Source: Octopus vulgaris (Eukaryota). From it: DNA of 64,000 nt. Within the stretch, counting starts at the first letter, position 1. Each line of letters starts with the position of its first letter. This document shows positions 57,480-64,000 of the stretch, in pieces. The notes beneath the pieces are model-generated. The model searched no databases and was not told the DNA's origin. It saw only the letters and a program-made list of their open reading frames with translations. The translations under genes and the position numbers were made by a program. The stretch lies in contig OX597815.1 in assembly GCA_951406725.2 (NCBI GenBank), positions 62,930,001 through 62,994,000 of the forward strand, written 5' to 3'.

Positions 57480-58920
57480 ATGAAAATGATAACAACCAAA
57501 CTATGTTGTGTGATTTTCTCTTATGAGTACAAACTGGGTGACTCTACTGCAGAAGCTCTACGGAATACCAAGCGGGCTTTGATAACCGTTTTGATCACAC
57601 CAGAACTGTTCAGAGATGGTTCTAAAGCTCTCATTCAAATGATAGCCTTGAAAATAAACCAAGGAGTAGGCCAAAATCAGTTATACGTCATGATGGATAA
57701 ATGCTTTGGTTGAACAAAATCCGAGAACAAAGGTTCGAAAACTATCATCAGAACTCCAAACATCTCGCACAACTGTTTTTGGACACCTGTAAAACTTTGG
57801 AAAAGTCAAGAAAACAGATAGGTTTGTTCCACATCAACTCAATGAGATTAAAAAAAAAAACCCAGACGCCTTGAAGTGTACTCCGACGACGCCGTGGTGA
57901 TCTCATTCTTGCTCACAACATCATAATTGGAAAGTGTAACCTCTCGAATGAGCTGTTCTTCACTCCAACTCCAGAGTATCGGCTGCAGGGTCACTTCGAA
58001 AAGCTCTATCTGCGACGATTTCATCTCAATCGAAGGAGAGGGGCTTTCTCCGCCCGGGTTGCGGATCCGTGGAATAAGCTGCCGGACGAGATAGTGAATA
58101 TGCCGACGACCGCTCGGTTCAAAGTCTCTCTTGACCAGAAATGGCCTGAACACTTTGCATGAACACCCTCCCTGTACGTAACTCCATGTCCCCCTACATG
58201 GCATTGCTTTTTGCTTTTTGAGCCAAAAAATTAACTTTCTCGACTGGAAAAATACCATTTTTGCATCAAATCATTACTTGTGATGAGAAATGGATACCCT
58301 TTGGCAACAACAGGAGAACAGGACAATGATTAGATGCACGAGAGTCACCTAAACACTACCGAAACGCACCATTGTGCCCTAAAAAGTTAGTGGTCACTAT
58401 ATGGTGGTATATGGTCACTATATGGTGGAATTATTCATTATTCATTTTTGCAACAAGGAAAAACGGTAACAGCAATATCGTATTGCCAGGAAATTGTTTG
58501 TATTCGTGAGAATTTGAAAAAGGAGCCACCAAGACTAGTGAATAGAGATGGCCCAATTTTGCTCTATGACAATGCACGTCCTCACACTCCTCAAGCTACG
58601 GTCCAAAATTTGCAAAGCCTGAATTATGAGATTTTGTAACATCCTCCCTATTGCCCTGATATCCCTCCTACTGATCATCACTTATTTAAGCATTTTGAAC
58701 TTTTCATAAGAAATAAAATATTCTTAAATACGTAAGAGGTAATTGCAGCATTCGGACTGTTTATCACAACAAAAGATGAATATATGACATAGAGAAACGT
58801 TGGGTAAGCGTCATAAATGAATATAAATCACACTTTGATGAAATAAATCAGTTCTCTAACACTTCTGAAACATTTTATTGCTACCTTTTAAATAGGACAT
58901 TTCATGTGAAACAACCTAAC
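57480..58920 (+). mobile_element. mariner (DD34D) transposon, decayed, split by a LINE fragment
   Basis: FVPHQL, IITCDEKW, LYDNARPH, HPPYCPDIPPTDHHLF. Confidence 0.85.
57865..58240 (+). mobile_element. CR1-group LINE 3' fragment nested in the mariner
   Basis: RRRRGDLILAHNII...FSARVADPWNKLPDEIV.......FKVSLD (frame with a slip); more GC-rich than the flanks. Confidence 0.75.
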
Positions 58921-59073
58921 ATTTATTTCTCAATAACTAAATAATTTCAAATACCGCGAGCTCTTCCTTCGACTGTACACCTACTCTACCTAGCTAGAAA
59001 TTGGTGCGGGTCGAAAATATTGTAGTAGATTTTGCGTCCGTTTACCTTCTGTTTACATCGGTGTTATGTCGTT

Positions 59074-59306
59074 CAAGGTGGCGAGCTGGCAGAAACGTTA
59101 ACACGCCGGGCGAAATGCGTAGCTGTATTTCGTCTGCCGTTACGTTCTGGGTTAAATTCCGAAGAGGTTGACTTTCCCTTTCATCCTTTCGGGGTCGATA
59201 AATTAAATAGCAGTTACACACTGGGGTCGATATAATCGACTTAATCCGTTTGTCTGTCCTTGTTTGTCCTCTCTGTGTTTATCCCCTTGAGGGTAGTAAA
59301 GAAATA
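59074..59306 (+). mobile_element. SINE family 1 with perfect 14-bp target-site duplication
   Basis: GGTGTTATGTCGTT at 59060-59073 and 59307-59320. Confidence 0.88.
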
Positions 59307-59479
59307 GGTGTTATGTCGTTTCTTCATGTTATGTCCGCCACTTTTAAGAGGAGAGGAAGTATAACTGGGATCACTACAGTCATTGAAGATATTTGGGTAA
59401 CATGGGGCAGATGAGGTTTTTATGCGTGTAGGGCTTGAAGAAATGCGTCTGGCGGCTCTTTTGTGTCTTCTACTAATGT

Positions 59480-59530
<51 letters not shown>

Positions 59531-60079
59531 TATATACATCTGTGTTAATGTGTGTGTTTGCGTGCTTGTGTATGTGTGCGTGTGTATATGTTTGTGTCTG
59601 CATGTGCATTTGGGTGTATGTGCAAAAAGAAAGGCAGAGCCTCATCAATAGATACTTACAAACATGAGGAAGACTGGGATCAAAAGTTTTTACTAAGCCA
59701 TAAGTTGATAAGGCTGATTCCTCAAGTTCTATAGCTCATAAATGTTCTCACCCGAACAGGACGCCGGTCTCTCGCAGGATTACTAATCTTTGTCACTCAG
59801 GTGAACCGGAGCAACGTGAAATGAGGTCTTTTCTTCAAAAACAACGCATCTCCTCGTCCAGAAATCGAAACCCAAATCCTATGATTATGACTGCAGCATT
59901 CTAACCAGTAAGCCACGCTCCTCAGCACACCGGTATGCCTCAAACTCACAACCCCCGTATATACATACATACATACATACATACATACATACATACATAC
60001 ATGCATGCATGCATGCATACATACATACATGCATACATACATACATACATACATACCCACACACACACACATACATACA

Positions 60080-61050
60080 TACATGCCGAACTATTGAGGA
60101 ATCTACAGCTATTCTATCTAGATTACAAGTTCAGGTTTGTACCTGTAATTATTGGGACGCTGGGATATGTAACACACTGCTTAAATACCAATCTTGAGAA
60201 ATTAGGCTTCTCAAAACCAGAAAAGAGGAAGCTGATTCGAAGCCTACAGATCCAAGCCATCACTGGAACTGTAAAAATCTGTAAAACTTTCCAGAAGTTT
60301 ATCATTTAAGTATAGATAATCATGTCTAGATATGCAGGTATATGCATGAGAAAACATACATAAAACAAAACATAGAAATCTGCACGTATACATACATACA
60401 TACAAACCCTGTTGATGTTGAAATTCCAACGAAGAGCCCTTGGGTCTAGGCTAGAGACCGACTCTTTCTCTATTGACAGGAAATTTTGAAATAAAACTGA
60501 ATAATGACAAACATACATAGATACTATGAGATAATACCTGCTCCTGAGGTATTATATACTTACAAAGACTATTTACAAAGCTCTCTGCAGGAAGAACTAC
60601 CCAGACATATACATCAAAGACATGTTAGAACGTGCAGGTAATCACACCTTTAAAAACAAGGAATACTGGTAGAACACTCTAATAAAAATATTTCGTTGAA
60701 ATCATAATAGACCTGATATTGTTCTGCGGGACAGAGAACAAAAGTCATGCACAGTTGTAGAGATTAGCTGCTAAGTGGATGAGATTGTACAATCAAAAGT
60801 CCATAAATAAGGGAATATTTATGGCGAATTAATGCGGAATTTATAGCCATTCTATCCTGATTATGAATTCTCAATTGTACCTATTATCATAGGTACATTA
60901 TGTTATGAATCAACAAATTTGCACGAAAACCTAGAAATACTCTGTTTCACGGAAAAAGAGCAAAAGAAACAGTTGCACTTTCTCCAAATTCAGTCTATTA
61001 CTGGCACAGTGAAGATTTGTAAAACGCTCCAAAAATTCTCCACCTGAGAT
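60080..61050 (+). mobile_element. Two tandem R4/Dong-like RLE 3' fragments, (TACA)n family
   Basis: AELLRNLQLFYLDYKFRFVPVIIGTLG...GTVKICKTF (59935-60309) and a diverged second copy with NRPDIVLRD...VVEISC (60700-61030). Confidence 0.75.
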
Positions 61051-61246
61051 TCTTATGTGAACAGATGCATGTACTTGGCTGTACGCATCGACAACACACC
61101 AACTCAACCGCATATTTACAAACACGGGAAACTTTCTTAACTGAAAATATCTTGCCGCGTTGTTAGCGACCGGCTTGAATCTTCGAGAACTTAAAGTCAA
61201 AGAAAAATCATACATACATACATACATACATACATACACATATACG

Positions 61247-62010
61247 TACGAAGTAATATCAAAAAGTTCTAGAACTAGTTCTGTAGTACGCTTACAGCTT
61301 GCAGCACGCGGTTGCCTGCGTCATGAGAGCTAGCAGTGACCTTCATGAGGCAGTGTGCCGAGTGATGTCGTTGTGTTTACTTCGTAAATTGTGAAATTTC
61401 ATTTTTTGTGATAACGTGTATGTTGTAGTCAGGAACAAAGAGCCAACGTGAAATTTTGCGCTAAACTTGGGAAGTCTGCTACAGAGATAAGGATCATGCT
61501 TCGGCAAGATTACAGCGACGGGACAATGAGTCGTACGCAATGTTTCGAGTGGCACGGGTGCTTCAAAGGCCGCAGCTCAATAAAGAAGATGCTCGTTGTT
61601 TTTTCGGCACCCGCGGTATTGTGCATCGAAAATTCGTCTTCTAGGGCCGGACAGTCAATCAAGAGTTCTACTGCGACGTTTTGAAGCGTTTGAGGGAGGA
61701 GATTTGGTGAAAGTGACCGGATCTGTGATGCGCGAGGAATTGGATTCTTCACGGCGATAATGCCCCCTGTTGCTGAGCTCTTCTCACTCGTGAGTTTCTC
61801 ACCCAAAAAAAAACAAAAAAGAAACATGGTAACGCTTCAGCACCTGGCCTATTCTCCAGATTCAGCGTCTGCGGACTTCCGTCTCTTCTCCAAGAGAAAA
61901 ATGCAGCTCAAAGGTCACCATTTTAACACCGTTGCCGAGATCTAGAGCGAATCGCGGAATCGCTTAGAGATTCCAAAACGGTAAGAATGTCATGAACATT
62001 TCTACAGTAT
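61247..62010 (+). mobile_element. Internally deleted mariner transposon
   Basis: EQRANVKFCAKLGKSATE...MSRTQCFEWH HTH, LHGDNAP, HLAYSPDSASADFRLF; 5' end TACGAAG..ATCAAAAAGTT. Confidence 0.8.
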
Positions 62011-62019
62011 ATGAATGCA

Positions 62020-62059
<40 letters not shown>

Positions 62060-62198
62060 CACAAACACAAACACACACACAAGCACGCACATACACACAC
62101 ACACACATACATATACATATACATATATTGATAAAAATGGTAAGACAACAAAATAATGAAAGAGACCTCGATATTATGTAAGTGGAGAAATTTATCTA

Positions 62199-62562
62199 TA
62201 AATGTAATATGTGACAATTATTCGGTAGCCATGATAAAACTCCGAGTTTTGGACACCGAGGTGGAATACCACACTGCCATCTCTCCAGTTATCTGGTCAT
62301 CGGAAAAAATCCTTTTGAAACTGACAACCGTCAGGTGGTATCTGTAGTTATACTAAGTTTTCATCAAATGGATAATGTCCTTTATAAACCGATCCTGTGC
62401 TGGTCCATTGGTATTTGCGATTAAGACGAAAGCATCATCTTTTTCTTTTTTCTTTTTCCGATGGCCAGATGACTGAAGAGATGGCGGCGTGGTTTTCCAC
62501 CTCGGCATCCGAAACTCGGAGTTTTATCATGGCTACCGAATAAATGTCACATATTACATTTA
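62199..62562. repeat. Fold-back unit of two inverted HHR-bearing ends (HHR on + at 62468-62528)
   Basis: 62199-62308 is the approximate reverse complement of 62453-62562; GATGA-CTGAAGA-GATGGCGGCGTGG-TTTT-CCACCTCGGCATCC-GAAAC-TCGGA-GTT-TTATC. Confidence 0.8.
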
Positions 62563-62640
62563 CATACACACACACACGCACACACACACACACACACACT
62601 CACACACACACACACTCACACACACACACACCCACGCGCA

Positions 62641-62685
<45 letters not shown>

Positions 62686-62699
62686 GTATATATGTTTTA

Positions 62700-62870
62700 T
62701 CCCTAAGCATTTTCCTCACGTCATATTTTTCCTCTTAATCCTTTCGGTCGAAGAGCGTAGGCTCGAAACATCAAAAATTTTCCATTCTTCCCGAGCGTTA
62801 AATTAATGCACCTGCTTGTTGTTCCTTCATCTGTACTCGTCTATTGTTTTCTGAAAATTTGAACTATATA
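62700..62870 (+). mobile_element. Solo pLTR (247-2220 family) with degenerate HHR
   Basis: CTTT-CGGTCGA-A-GAGC-GTAG-GCTC-GAAAC-ATC-AAAA. Confidence 0.65.
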
Positions 62871-63281
62871 TATATATATATATATATATGCATATATACA
62901 TTCCTATAGGAAGAAACACAAACCTTGTGTTTGTGCCAGAGATCCAGTGAAGAAGAGCCGTTTTTGAGATATGGCGAACATGTGTGTGGAAAATTCGGGT
63001 ATGTATTTACGTAGTTATATGTAAATGTATATTTAGAAAAATTGGTAAATATGCAACTTCCTTTGAAATCGTAAGAACTCCGTTTAGGAAACGTGAGATT
63101 CGAAATTAGACTCCTCCATTTTCAGGCTCAATGATAATTATTAAATACATTTGATAATTAGAGGAAGATATATAGACTTAATGCAATAATATATCGCTCT
63201 CTAATGCACACGCATACACACACATATATATAAATATACATTTAAGTATATGTGGATATGTAAGTGTATATGTTTGTATAC

Positions 63282-63408
<127 letters not shown>

Positions 63409-64000
63409 TTCATACACACCTCGATTCAAATACACGTAAACATACGCATGTAGACAAATTACAAACACACACACGCACACGGAATACGTACATGTGCATG
63501 TGTGTCTGTGAGTGTTAGAGTAAATATATCTATTTGTGTATATGTGTGTGCACGCGCGTGCGCGCACGCATGTGTGTGTGCGCGCCCGTATGCGTGCGTG
63601 TAGTGTACTTAAATAACCGTGTATAACTCTGTATGCATATAAAGCATGAATCTATGTGTGTATATGCTCACTGTTCATGTCTACATATTTCTATGAGGCG
63701 TGTCACAAATTATATCCATTCAGCATTCATTTACACACCAAGGAGACACATTTTACACACACGCACACACATATACACATAAACGCCGCACACACAAATT
63801 CTAGATAAACGCAAAACGCAGACACACACACAGACACTGTGTGAGTGTGTCCCATAGTACCACGAAACCCACATATACGATTATGTGTGTGTGTAAGTGT
63901 CTGTATTTATGTATATGCACTTATATACATAGATATGTAATGTATATAAATATATTAATATATGTGTGTGTGTGTGTTTGCGTGCGTGTGCATGAACATA

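Overview
This is AT-rich, microsatellite-dense eukaryotic DNA. The repeat content (tRNA-derived SINE families, RTE, R4/Dong and Penelope-like elements, long TA/CA/TACA/GATA tracts) looks like an Octopus or other coleoid cephalopod genome; that assignment is an inference. No host protein-coding gene can be confidently called, so the window is probably intronic or intergenic. It is a nested mosaic of decayed transposable elements: Penelope-like elements (PLEs, including Naiad-like ones), a near full-length RTE LINE, a near full-length R4/Dong LINE, CR1-group fragments, Tc1/mariner/maT transposons, a non-autonomous Helitron and at least three SINE families. Four signals stand out. (1) About 20 hammerhead-ribozyme (HHR) motifs from several families, many in short fold-back units between microsatellites; some families show consistent core variants, others very long helix II. 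(2) Nested templated inversions inside the RTE element. (3) A bipartite SINE built from the 5' UTR and 3' stem-loop of that RTE family. (4) Six co-oriented copies of the 10-mer TTTCGTGACA hidden in a 2.1-kb microsatellite field. All alignments and folds were done by eye; element boundaries are approximate.
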